Assembly: GCA_965216565.1 (NCBI GenBank)
Contig: OZ244170.1
Span: 4,512,001-4,576,000 of the forward strand
Length of the DNA stretch: 64,000 nucleotides
Origin: Bythopirellula sp.
Lineage (GTDB): Bacteria; Planctomycetota; Planctomycetia; Pirellulales; Lacipirellulaceae
Direction of reading: 5' to 3'
The notes under the pieces are model-generated. The model was not told the DNA's origin, did not search any database, and saw only the letters and a list, made by a program, of their open reading frames with translations. Both the position numbers and the translations under genes were made by a program. Shown here one piece after another: positions 30,976 to 41,200 of the stretch (position 1 is the first letter of the stretch; every line of letters starts with the position of its first letter).

Positions 30976-31308
30976 TCGACTTGAGTTCCCGCAGGGTGGT
31001 CCACTTCGGGGAGTTTCGATTTGCTCTTAGCTGCTTAGGTAAGATTCATTATTAGCAGATCGAGGCAATATTACCGCGAATTAATTGCGTTCACCTCGCA
31101 GGTCGATTATAAACCAGAGTTGTCCGTTGGAACCGATTGAAAGATCGCAACAGAGACTCCTCCAAAATGCTGCAAGCTTCACTCTTTAACTGTGGTGCGG
31201 GCGTCTGTTCGAGGTAACATGGCTACGGTCGCGAAGTTCTGAACCTGGCCAAAGCTATTCTCATCAACACGTCATATCTGTTTAGTCAACCAAGAGATCA
31301 CAACTGCG

Positions 31309-33006
31309 GTGAATACTTCAAATCTTCCTCGCAAGTGTCGTACCTTTACGAATTTGACCGCCTGCTTCCTAGTTGTACTCCTTGCAAGAACGCTGTCAGC
31401 GCAGGGAATTCCCGGGACGCTGTTAGATGCGGAGGAGATACGTTCTGTTCTGCTGGTTCCGTTTCCATTTTCCTACCCCAACGACTTACCGCGCAATCAC
31501 GCCCCAACGATCAACGCCAAGGGAGAAACGGCGTTCCCCATCGTTACGCAGTTAGGTGTAGGTGGGCCACCGGTAACTAGCGTGTGGTTTGAAGCCAATA
31601 GTGCGACGCAACTTCTTATGGGAGAGGTTTTCGACGCACCAGGCATTCCTGGCGATGTGCAGCCCGTTCTGGGTGCGGCCTTTCCGCCAAGCTATAACGC
31701 CAAGAGACGGATCAGTGTCCGGGGTGGGCTAACTGGCGAGGGAGTCACCACAAGCAACGATCTCACACTTTGGTCTGGTCCTGTTTCAGCCTTGCGGGTT
31801 ATTGCGCGCGAAGGTTTCGCCGCACCCGATGTGGCAGTTGGCATCCATTTCAAAAACTTCGGTTTGCCCTCGTTGAATTCCCATGGAGCAGTTTCATTTA
31901 ACGGCACGCTCACGGGTCCAGGCGTTGACTCCCAAAACGAAAAAGGTATTTGGGTTGATGACGGGACATCTGGGCGACTGCTTGTAAGGGAAGGTGACGC
32001 TGCACCAGGAACGGAAGCGAACACGGTGTTCGACTCGCTTGAACAACCTCAGATCGTCGAATCGGGCGATGTCCTTTTTATTGGAACTCTCCGAGGTCCT
32101 TCGGGTAGGTTGAATCAACAAATCGGTAGAGGCTACTGGGCGGAACGCAATGGCCAGATAGAAAAAGTGGCCCGCGGAGGTGATCCTGCGCCTGGATTTA
32201 ATGGTGACACGGAGTACAGTTTTGTGACGGGCGCTCACATGAACCGGTCGGGGGATATCGCATTCTACGCGTCCCTAACCGGACCAGCCGTGAGGCCCGG
32301 TACGGACGCCATTTGGCGAGAAGATCAAGGAGTTGTGAAACTTGTCGCGATGGAGGGCCAGCCAGCGCCTGTTGGTCTTAATGGTGTGACAATCGGTGAA
32401 ATGGAATTCTTGATTTCACACAACAATAACGGAGACGTAGCTTGGCGTGGTGAGGTGGCTGGTGTTGGGCTCGGAATCAGCGAAGCCAATAACGACACCC
32501 TCTTTGTGAGCAAGGATGGTAACCTAGAAGTCGTTGCTCGCGAAGGCGACCCGGTCCCTGGCAGTTCTGGGTCTTCCACAGAGACCTTCCGAAGCTTTTC
32601 CTACCCAGTTCTCAACGATCAGGGACAAGTCGCATTCCTGGCCGAAACTTCGAACTCTCGATTGGGAATCTGGGCCCAAGATATCTCCGGAGGACTCCAG
32701 ATGATCGCGCTGGAGAATGCCGAGTTTGATGTAGACGATACTGCAGGGGTCGACATGCGAACCATTCAGCGTCTTAGATTCTATGACGGCAGGTCCGGCC
32801 AAGATGGTAGTCTCACCGGCTTCAACGATCATGGACAAATTGGCTTTGCCGCGCAATTCTCTGACGGAACGCAGGGTATCTTCGTGTCGGACAGAGTTTT
32901 GATTCCCGAGCCTGGAGTCCTCTCTCTCGCGTTGTATGCAATCCTCCTGATTTGTACTACGCGAGCAACATCGCCCCAGCGAGTCGCCCGTGGAGAATGG
33001 GCTTAG
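31309..33006 (+). CDS. Secreted NxxGxxAF tandem-repeat ('choice-of-anchor') beta-propeller protein with PEP-CTERM
   Basis: Repeats INAKGETAF, LNSHGAVSF, MNRSGDIAF, LNDQGQVAF and FNDHGQIGF; (V/I)AREGD.APG; C-terminal IPEP, TM segment and Arg residues. Confidence 0.88.
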   Translation: MNTSNLPRKCRTFTNLTACFLVVLLARTLSAQGIPGTLLDAEEIRSVLLVPFPFSYPNDLPRNHAPTINAKGETAFPIVTQLGVGGPPVTSVWFEANSATQLLMGEVFDAPGIPGDVQPVLGAAFPPSYNAKRRISVRGGLTGEGVTTSNDLTLWSGPVSALRVIAREGFAAPDVAVGIHFKNFGLPSLNSHGAVSFNGTLTGPGVDSQNEKGIWVDDGTSGRLLVREGDAAPGTEANTVFDSLEQPQIVESGDVLFIGTLRGPSGRLNQQIGRGYWAERNGQIEKVARGGDPAPGFNGDTEYSFVTGAHMNRSGDIAFYASLTGPAVRPGTDAIWREDQGVVKLVAMEGQPAPVGLNGVTIGEMEFLISHNNNGDVAWRGEVAGVGLGISEANNDTLFVSKDGNLEVVAREGDPVPGSSGSSTETFRSFSYPVLNDQGQVAFLAETSNSRLGIWAQDISGGLQMIALENAEFDVDDTAGVDMRTIQRLRFYDGRSGQDGSLTGFNDHGQIGFAAQFSDGTQGIFVSDRVLIPEPGVLSLALYAILLICTTRATSPQRVARGEWA

Positions 33007-33084
33007 GAATTGAACGCCGTTGAGCGTATTTTTTTGGTTTGGACATCGAGATGAAACACCGCTCTCACCCCGGCCGTTGCTTTA

Positions 33085-33555
33085 CTATAATTCTTTAAGA
33101 GCCTCTAAGACTTTTTCTTCGTGGCCGTCGACCTTCACTCGCTTCCAGAGTTTGGCAACCTTACCGGCGGAGTCGATCAGGTAGGTGCTGCGCTGGATGC
33201 CCATTGATTTCTTGCCATACATATTCTTCTCTCGCCAGGCCCCATATTTGAGCGCAACCTTGTGATCCTTGTCGGCCAAGAGCGGAAAGTTCAGCTTGAA
33301 CTTTTTCTTAAACTTCTGGTGACTCTCAACATCGTCGGGGCTCACACCAAGTACCACAGCACCTAGCTTCTTCAGCTTCGATTGTTGGTCGCGGAAGGCA
33401 CACGCTTGCTTAGTGCAACCCGGCGTATCGTCCTTGGGATAGAAATAGAGAACGACGGGGCTACCGACGAGTTCCGACAGGCGAACCTTGGTGCCATCGT
33501 CTGCCTCTAGGGTAAAAGCGGGTGCCTTTTTGGGTGGCTCAATCCAATCGCTCAT
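33085..33555 (-). CDS. bcp: Thioredoxin-dependent thiol peroxidase (Bcp/PrxQ)
   Basis: VVLYFYPKDDTPGCTKQACAFRD, GVSPD and RSTYLID. Confidence 0.96.
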   Translation of the reverse strand: MSDWIEPPKKAPAFTLEADDGTKVRLSELVGSPVVLYFYPKDDTPGCTKQACAFRDQQSKLKKLGAVVLGVSPDDVESHQKFKKKFKLNFPLLADKDHKVALKYGAWREKNMYGKKSMGIQRSTYLIDSAGKVAKLWKRVKVDGHEEKVLEALKEL

Positions 33556-33631
33556 GGGATAGGTCTCCTTTGATTGATGTTAAGTGAGTTTTGCCAGGAA
33601 TTCGGAAGGTAGACTCAGCTACGACAGTTGC

Positions 33632-33718
33632 TGTCATTCCGAGGTCTGCCGAGGAATCTGGCTAGATCCCTCGGCAGACCTCGGGTCTCCTCAGGCGACT
33701 CGCCGGCGCGAGATGACA
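33632..33718. repeat. CGTC/TGTC-tagged REP-like palindrome
   Basis: TGTCATTCCG...GATGACA termini enclosing a perfect 16-bp inverted repeat, CCGAGGTCTGCCGAGG (33639-33654) and CCTCGGCAGACCTCGG (33669-33684). Confidence 0.75.
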
Positions 33719-33876
33719 TAACGCTTTGCGTTTGGAATGTACTATCCGAATTCCTAGGAGAATTTAAACTAAGTAATAATGTCCATTGCCAACTCTCCTG
33801 AGATCGCGGCAACTCAGTGTCGGTTATTCCCTCCTCGGGGTACAAACGCTACAATAAGGGCCTCCTAAAATAACCG

Positions 33877-34320
33877 ATGCGGACCCCAATCGAGAACCCA
33901 GCCATTCCAGATTCGACGACCACTGTGGAACGTACCGAAGACCGAGCTTTGCAACTTGCAATGGCCGCTGCGCGGACTGCTGAGGAAAATCAGGCGTCAG
34001 ACATTGTGGTACTCGACATGCGAGAAATCACCCCGGTGTTCGACTATTTCGTGCTGGCCACGGGTAATAGTCGCCGTCAATTGCACGCCATTTCCGAAGA
34101 GATCGACCATTGCTTAGAAGACGAATTGGGCGACAGTCGCATGGGAATCGAAGGCTACAACGAGAGCCGCTGGATTCTGCTGGACTACGGGAATGTGGTG
34201 ATTCATCTGTTCGATGCGGAAACGCGCGAGTACTATGCGCTGGAGCAATTCTGGAATCAAGCACCTCAGGTGACCCTGCCGTGGGACGAACCGGGCGAGC
34301 AGAATGAGGCTTCCGAGTGA
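33877..34320 (+). CDS. rsfS: Ribosome silencing factor RsfS
   Basis: DIVVLDM, DYFVLATG.SRRQ, WILLDYG.VVIHLF and REYYALE.FW. Confidence 0.96.
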   Translation: MRTPIENPAIPDSTTTVERTEDRALQLAMAAARTAEENQASDIVVLDMREITPVFDYFVLATGNSRRQLHAISEEIDHCLEDELGDSRMGIEGYNESRWILLDYGNVVIHLFDAETREYYALEQFWNQAPQVTLPWDEPGEQNEASE

Positions 34321-34467
34321 TTCTCGCCTTGTCGGGCGTGGATCAAGTTCACTCGTAGAAATCTTCGCCCGCTCCTCTATGGCCATCTGAAGCTCTTCGT
34401 TTAAACTGTTCCTGACTTGAGCCGTTTTGCAGTCTTGCTCCCCTACCTCCGTCAGATCTCTTCGAGT

Positions 34468-36444
34468 ATGAACGTCCTAGCAGAATTAAGAAAACGTTTC
34501 CAAGGGGCACTCTCTGTGCTCGATGAGGATGCCGGACGGTTCGCAGAAATGGTCCTGCCCAGTCAGGACGCCAAGTTCGGCGACTATCAAGCCAACTGCG
34601 CGATGCCCTTGGGCAAGAAGTTGGGGCAACCGCCGCGCGAGATTGCCCAACAATTGGTCGATAATCTCGATTTGGGAGCGCTCTGTCAGCCCGCTGAAAT
34701 TGCTGGCCCCGGCTTTATCAATTTAAAATTGAAGGATGAATGGCTTGTTCAGCAACTTCAGAAAATTGCCACGGATCACGAGCGACTAGGTGTCGACCCG
34801 GTAGAGCCCGCTCGCACATTCGTCGTCGATTTCTCCAGCCCGAACGTCGCCAAGCCGATGCATGTCGGCCATATTCGCTCAACAGTCATTGGCGATGCGC
34901 TCTGCCGAGTGCTGAGTTTTCTCGGTCATCAAGTGATCAGCGATAATCACATCGGCGACTGGGGCACCCAGTTTGGGATGATTATCTACGGGTACAAGCA
35001 CTTTGTTGACGAGCAGGCGCTAGCCGCTGGCACGGTGGGGGAACTGAGCCGTCTCTACAAGCTTGTGAATCGGCTCGTCGAATATCACGATACCATCAAC
35101 AACAAGATTCCTGCCCTCGAAGAGCAAATTGTGCAGAGCGCCAAATCGCTGGAGCAAATGCACGATGCCACGGTGCCCGAAGATCCGAAGCAAGCCAAGA
35201 AAATCAACAAGCGTATCCGACAGGCGGAAGGCCAGCTCAGTGATGCTCGCAAGGAACTGGACGCCCTGCGAAACAAGGTCGCGGAAATCGACAACGACCC
35301 GCAACTTTCGAAACTTTCGACAGCCCATGCTGAAATTGGCTCAGCCGTGCTGGCCGAGACGGCGGCTCTCCACGCTGGCGACGCCACCAATCGCGAACTG
35401 TGGGAGAAGTTTCTGCCGGCCTGCCGTGCTGAGATGGAGGCCACGTACGAGCGACTAGGTGTGACCTTCGACCACACTTTGGGGGAAAGCTACTATCATG
35501 ACCGATTGGCAGGTGTGGTAGAGGACCTGCAAAAGAAGGGGTTGGTACAGGAGAGCGACGGTGCGATGTGCGTTTTTCTCGAAGGTCACGATGCTCCTTT
35601 TATTGTTCGCAAGCAGGATGGGGCGTTTCTCTACTCCACTACCGATCTGGCGACTGTTCAATACAGAATCAATGAATGGGATGCCGACGCGATTATCTAC
35701 GTCGTCGATCATCGGCAGTCGCTTCATTTCGAACAGCTGTTTTCGACGGTCCGGCTTTGGGGCATCTCCGATATCGAATTGGAGCATGTTAGTTTTGGGA
35801 CCGTGTTAGGCGAAGATGGTCGACCGTATAAAACTCGCTCCGGTTCGGCCGTTGGCTTAACTGGCTTGCTGGATGAAGCCGTCGAGCGAGCCCACGCAAT
35901 AGTTACTGAGAATGACAACCGACGACCAGAGCCACTGCTAGCCGAGGACGAGCGTCGCGAAGTTGCCCGACGTATAGGCATCGGGGCAATTAAATACGCA
36001 GACCTGGCACACAACCGAACCAGCGACTATGTGTTTAGCTACGACAAGATGCTGGCAATGACCGGCAACACGGCGGCTTATATGCAGTACAGCTATGCCC
36101 GCGTGAGGAGCATTTTCGCGCGAGGCGGCATCGACGCAGAATCTGTGCGAGATGGAACGGTTGAGTTGTTGCTGAATGAACCAGCCGAACGAGCACTAGG
36201 GCTGGCCATTTTGCAATTCAGCGAAGCACTCCAACGAGTGGCAGAAGATTACCGGCCCAACCATCTCACCTCGTACTTATTCGACTTGGCCAGTCGCTAT
36301 TCAGAATTTTTCGAGCACTGCCCTGTGCTCAAGGCAGACAATGATGAGCAGCGCAACAGCCGGTTGTTGCTTTGCGATCTTACCGCTCGCACAATCGCCC
36401 GCGGCCTCGAACTCTTAGGGATTGAAGTCGTCGAGCGGATGTAG
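34468..36444 (+). CDS. argS: Arginine--tRNA ligase
   Basis: FGDYQAN, IAGPGFIN, DFSSPNVAKPMHVGHIRS, NHIGDWGTQFG, KTRSG, GNTAAYMQYSYAR and the C-terminal ERM. Confidence 0.98.
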   Translation: MNVLAELRKRFQGALSVLDEDAGRFAEMVLPSQDAKFGDYQANCAMPLGKKLGQPPREIAQQLVDNLDLGALCQPAEIAGPGFINLKLKDEWLVQQLQKIATDHERLGVDPVEPARTFVVDFSSPNVAKPMHVGHIRSTVIGDALCRVLSFLGHQVISDNHIGDWGTQFGMIIYGYKHFVDEQALAAGTVGELSRLYKLVNRLVEYHDTINNKIPALEEQIVQSAKSLEQMHDATVPEDPKQAKKINKRIRQAEGQLSDARKELDALRNKVAEIDNDPQLSKLSTAHAEIGSAVLAETAALHAGDATNRELWEKFLPACRAEMEATYERLGVTFDHTLGESYYHDRLAGVVEDLQKKGLVQESDGAMCVFLEGHDAPFIVRKQDGAFLYSTTDLATVQYRINEWDADAIIYVVDHRQSLHFEQLFSTVRLWGISDIELEHVSFGTVLGEDGRPYKTRSGSAVGLTGLLDEAVERAHAIVTENDNRRPEPLLAEDERREVARRIGIGAIKYADLAHNRTSDYVFSYDKMLAMTGNTAAYMQYSYARVRSIFARGGIDAESVRDGTVELLLNEPAERALGLAILQFSEALQRVAEDYRPNHLTSYLFDLASRYSEFFEHCPVLKADNDEQRNSRLLLCDLTARTIARGLELLGIEVVERM

Positions 36445-36860
36445 GCAACCCTTGTAGGGTATTGTGCTCTCGGAATGTCTACTTTGCGGTATCACCCTCG
36501 TCGCTAGTCTGGGGTTACCCGGACGTCCCGCCCGCAAAGATGGCGAATGTTTCGATTGGCGGCGGGCCATTACCTCGACTTTGAGCCATCGCTGTCGACC
36601 GTTTCCATACATTCTTTGTGGGCAAGTGCCGGTTCTTGGATCACGATAGCACCTGCCCCAAACCGACCAAGGCCACGTTGCCCGGTGAATCTTTGAAGGA
36701 TGTCAGGCACTAGGCGAGCCTATTACGGCATCTGACTGCACTGCCAGCACTTTCTTCGGCTTGAAGCTTGACGGGTTCCGCACAAATTGCCTATAAGCCT
36801 CAACGCTCTCCTACGAGCTTCTACCCTTGGTAGCCTTTTCCATTTGTGAGGCGCGTGTTT

Positions 36861-38096
36861 ATGTGTCGTAGATTCCCATACCTATTGCTGCTGATATTGC
36901 AGCTGCAACAGGGGACAACACTTGTCGCGCAGCAATTTGTCACACCAGGGATTGCTCCTCAAGCGGCTGCTTCAGGTAACGCACAAACTCTTCCGTATGG
37001 CGGCGTGCCGGCATTGCGTGTGGCTCCCGATGGTGCGGTGCATCTTGATGGTCCTGGCGCCCAATGGTCCCAGCCAAGTTTCGCAGCACAACCGGGAATG
37101 GGATTCAGACAAGGCACCTCCGGTGGTTTTGGTAGCCGCTTCGCGGAATGGCTTTACAACGATCCCGTGCCTTGGCAATACAACCATCGGACGGGCTTCT
37201 TTGGCGACTTTATGTATCTCCGGCCTCGCAACGCAGAAGTGGCTTACGCGCTGCCTATCGAAGGAACCGTTGCCCTGGGTGACGAGGTGCCGATGGGACC
37301 CGTGGCCATTGTCGATCAAGAGTACGAACCCGGTTTTCGTGCCGGCGGCGTATTCCGACTTACTGATGGCGCGAGCATCCGTGGTTCGTACTGGTACTTC
37401 CGCAGTGAAAACAGCGACTCCGCTGTGGCCATCGATCCGAATACTCCGCTTCGTTCACTTGTCATTCACCCCAACACGGCGAATGCCGCCGTGGATGTCG
37501 ACTCCGCGACTGCTCGGCAAGACATCGATTTTGATTTGGTCGACATCGACTACCGTGGATTGATCTTGGGTTGTGAGAGTTGTTGCGATAATCGTTGTGC
37601 GATTGTCTTGAACGCTGTCGTCGGCGGACGCTACGCCAACATGGAACAAGAATTTCGCTCAAACTTTGCCGATGCGAACGGAAACACCACGGTCGACACG
37701 AACATCGATTTCCGAGGTGGCGGTATTCGCCTCGGAATTGAGTCGGAACATCACGCCACCTCGACCGGTTTCTACGTATATGGGTCGGGTGTGTCCAACT
37801 TGATGGTCGGCGAGTTCACCGCAAACTATCTGCAAAACAGTTCGATCAATGGCGTGGAGGCACGCAGTAGCTGGCAAGCTGGCAGGATTGTTCCGACTCT
37901 CGACCTAGAGTTGGGGCTCGGCTGGGTTGGACCGCGACGGAGATTGAAGTTCTCTGGTGGCTATCTCGTCAGCACTTGGTTTAACGTCGTGAAGACCGAA
38001 GATTGGATCAATGCGGTGCAGACCAGTAATTACGACGATCTCAGCGGCATCCTCACCTTCGATGGCCTGGCGGCTCGCGCCACTTGGGAATTCTAA
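36861..38096 (+). CDS. Lpg1974/BBP7-like outer-membrane beta-barrel (porin-like)
   Basis: Signal peptide, Pro/Gly-rich N-terminus, amphipathic strands (GDFMYLRPR, YEPGFR, GGRYA, F.GGG.RLG, LELGLGW, GY....WFN) and a C-terminal ATWEF BAM-type signal. Confidence 0.8.
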   Translation: MCRRFPYLLLLILQLQQGTTLVAQQFVTPGIAPQAAASGNAQTLPYGGVPALRVAPDGAVHLDGPGAQWSQPSFAAQPGMGFRQGTSGGFGSRFAEWLYNDPVPWQYNHRTGFFGDFMYLRPRNAEVAYALPIEGTVALGDEVPMGPVAIVDQEYEPGFRAGGVFRLTDGASIRGSYWYFRSENSDSAVAIDPNTPLRSLVIHPNTANAAVDVDSATARQDIDFDLVDIDYRGLILGCESCCDNRCAIVLNAVVGGRYANMEQEFRSNFADANGNTTVDTNIDFRGGGIRLGIESEHHATSTGFYVYGSGVSNLMVGEFTANYLQNSSINGVEARSSWQAGRIVPTLDLELGLGWVGPRRRLKFSGGYLVSTWFNVVKTEDWINAVQTSNYDDLSGILTFDGLAARATWEF

Positions 38097-38171
38097 GACT
38101 CAAGGTTCTGAGTAAGGACCAATGGGCCAATCGCTGGGCTGGCTAGAGTTCTATCTGCAGGATTGTCCCAT

Positions 38172-38203
38172 TTACAGGGCAGATCGCTTACAGGGCAGAT
38201 CGC
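38172..38203. repeat. Perfect 16-bp tandem duplication at the sulfatase stop codon
   Basis: TTACAGGGCAGATCGC occurs at 38172-38187 and again at 38188-38203. Confidence 0.9.
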
Positions 38204-41200
38204 AGTCTGCTACAGAACGGTAGCACAATCAGGCAGAGCACGAGAGTGTTAGGTTCTGGAACCACTGTTGCCACAGGCGCCAGCGGAGCGGTATGGCCAG
38301 TGTACTGTTGCTGCCAGATTATGTAATCCAGTCCATCGGTCCGCCCGTCGCCATTGGCATCGCCTTGATTGTCGACGGCGTAGGCTGATTCCCAGATCCC
38401 TTTGTCTGCACCATCGACATTTCCATCTGCATTGAAGTCAGCTTCGCGAATCAGCTTCGTGATCACACGGAACTGAAGCAGTTCATCCTCGGGCACCATC
38501 AAGCCAAAGCTAAGTGTTTTTTGGTCTGACGAAATACCCAAGAACCCTTCCAGATCTAACGTCAATCCTCGATCGAGGCTATCGCCGTAATCACCGATAG
38601 ATCCCAGCAGTGCGTCGGTTTCTTCCAAGGACGTCGATTCGAGCAAGATCGCCAAAATATCGCCCTCAAAACTAATTGCCCCAGAGACTGATTGCAGCGT
38701 ACCGTCCCCAGTTCCAATTGGGTCGAAGTGAACAAGATAGCTAGAAAAAGCAGTTCCCGCGTCCAGGTGACCTGAGGTTGCTGCGTTGGGATCCGTTAGA
38801 AGAGTGGTACCGGAGATTAAAGCATCGACAAAAAGGGTGTCGTCTAAGGCGTCGTTTCTTTCCTGCATCACGAATAGTTGATTCGATTCCAACGCGTTCA
38901 TCGAAACACTCGATGGTCTCTCGGTAGGAATCGTGACGTCTCCAGCAATCGAGTGAATCCCATAATCAGTTGGGTGCAAGACTGAATTGTAGTGAGACAG
39001 AATAGTTTGGGAGTTTATCGGATGGTTGTGAAACCGGACCATTGCCATCTCGCCTTGGAAGCCACCCGAGAAGGGTAAGTCGCCGCTTCCGCCATTTCCA
39101 CCGATGCCGTTGCCGCCCTGATTGCCCAGTCCGGCCATGTCATATCCATCCCACGAGATACTCTGATCGGTTCCCGACAGTCCGTCGACCCTGGCAGCTA
39201 AAGCGCCATTAATATAGATTTCTCCATAACGGTCATTCGGATCGTCACTAAACACGGTTGCTACGTGAACATAGTCTCTCTCTGGATCTGCGTACTTATC
39301 CAACTTGGCAGTAACAGTTAGGTCGGTTAGTGTTCCGGAGGAGACGCCATCATCTGCTCCCGCTAAACCCAGCACTCTCAGCCGGACATCGTTGGCTAGA
39401 GTGTCGGAATCCGCATCTCCCAATGTCACCGATATCCCAGCGGTACCGTCGCCCGATTCAAACAGGATTTGCTCGCTCGACAAGGAATTCAGACGAACCC
39501 AGAATTCCATCGAAGCCGATCGATCAAAGTCGGGTGTGCCAACGTTGACTGTGTTCTTGCGAGGGCCATCATCTCCCACTTGGAAGAAGGTCCGTCGCAT
39601 CGTGTCATTGCCATCAAAGGAGAACGAGTCGGATGGCAAGCCAGGTTGAAACGAGTTTGATTCTTGGCTGGTTGGTTGTTCGGTCCCACCACCTGAACTC
39701 CAAGTCTCTCGAAACTTGCTGCGAAGATCGTTCGTTGTCCGCCAGCTATCGTTTTCAGCACCAGGATTCGAAGCGTTCCAATCCATCGTCACATCCACTT
39801 TGACATCGAACGCAAACGATGCGTCGACGGCGGAAAGATAATTGTCGAGCTTGGCTTTGAGCTCAGCAGCCTTAGCGGGCATAGAAAAGGCCAAGTTGGA
39901 ATACTCTGAGATATCAGTCCGCAAATTTACGAGGGATAAGAAATCCGCAACGCCATGCTCGCCGTAAGTCACCAGCAGCTTGTAGTCTCCGTCTCGGACG
40001 CTCGAAGCAGGACGAATACGGAAATTCGCACCAATTGAAGTATTGATCGGTGAGTGCCAGTAGAGTTCTCCCCCTTCGTGAAATCTCCTCTCCAAATGGT
40101 CCATGCCGTCAGGAAGCGTACCTCCGTTGTGCAGTACTGGCGCAATAGTCGCGCTTTCAACGTTCTCAGGTATCTCACCCGTAAACCCAGCCAGGTCGGC
40201 AATGGTCGAATAAAGATCCGTGGTATTTACGAGAACATCACTCACCGAATTGGCCGCAATCCCAGGTCCCTTGGCAATAAATGGAATGCGCAGGCCACCC
40301 TCAAGTAGTGTCGTTTTGCCGCCTCTCAGGGGGGTGCTTCTTGAGAAACCAGTAGGTGCACCGTGGTCGGAGACGTAAAAAACGTAGGTGTTGTCTTCAA
40401 TACCCAGATCGTCGATCTTGTCCATCAAGATCCCCAGTGAACTATCTAAGTCCTCAGTGCCTGCAGCATATTCAGGACTGTGGTGGACGGTTCCAGACGG
40501 GAGGTCCTGGTACTTTGCCAAGGTTTCAGGGCGGTATCTTGGTGCGGGATGAATTCCATTATGGGATAGTAATGCGAAAAAAGGCTCCCCAGCATTTACC
40601 CGATCTTCCATAAAACTATTGGTGAGTGCTGTCTTCTCGAACATACCCCAGGGATCGCTAGAGGCGGGGTTGGAAGTAAAAGGATTGTCTTCCCAGTAAT
40701 CGTAACCGGAACTTAGAGGCGTGGAGTTGGCTTGAACACTGGAGTTCAGATGCCATTTTCCGTACATGGCACTCACGTAGGCAGGATTTGCTTGCTCAAG
40801 AATTCTAGGAATCGTCAGTAGCGTATCGTCAAACAAAGCTACCGGTGGTGGAGTCAGTGGCAATCCTTCGTAAGCGGTGAGGTATCGACTCGAGCCGGGA
40901 TAGACATTAGTCAGATCCGTCATCTGAAGCTGGGCGGGACTCATGCCCGTCTGCAAAGCGGCGCGTGTGGGAGCACAAATAGGTGCGGCGGCGTATCCAT
41001 TAGAGAATCGCATGCCCTCGGCCGCCAATTGTTCTAGGTTTGGCGTCTGATAGTAGTCGCTCTTCGAACCTGCCACGTTGGGATCCATCTGGACCGAAGT
41101 TCCATTCCAGCTCTGATCATCCACCAGGACGACGACGATATTTGGTGGGGTCGATGCCTGGCTTATGCCAACGCAGAGCAGCAAGAGCGTCGAGAAGGCG

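Noticed and set aside
33013..33036. Intrinsic terminator after the NxxGxxAF gene
   Set aside because: A T-run is present but the stem is only about 4 bp (ACGC/GCGT), too weak to call.
36445..36560. c-di-GMP-I riboswitch suggested by CGCAAAG and GGGGTTACC words
   Set aside because: The elements are in the wrong order and there is no GGCAAAC...GAAA P2 stem.
36768..36797. Sigma70 promoter TTGACG-18-TATAAG upstream of the porin, and a lone TATAAT at 28924 before lepA
   Set aside because: Plausible, but the first has suboptimal spacing and -10 and the second has no -35; neither can be told from chance without TSS data.
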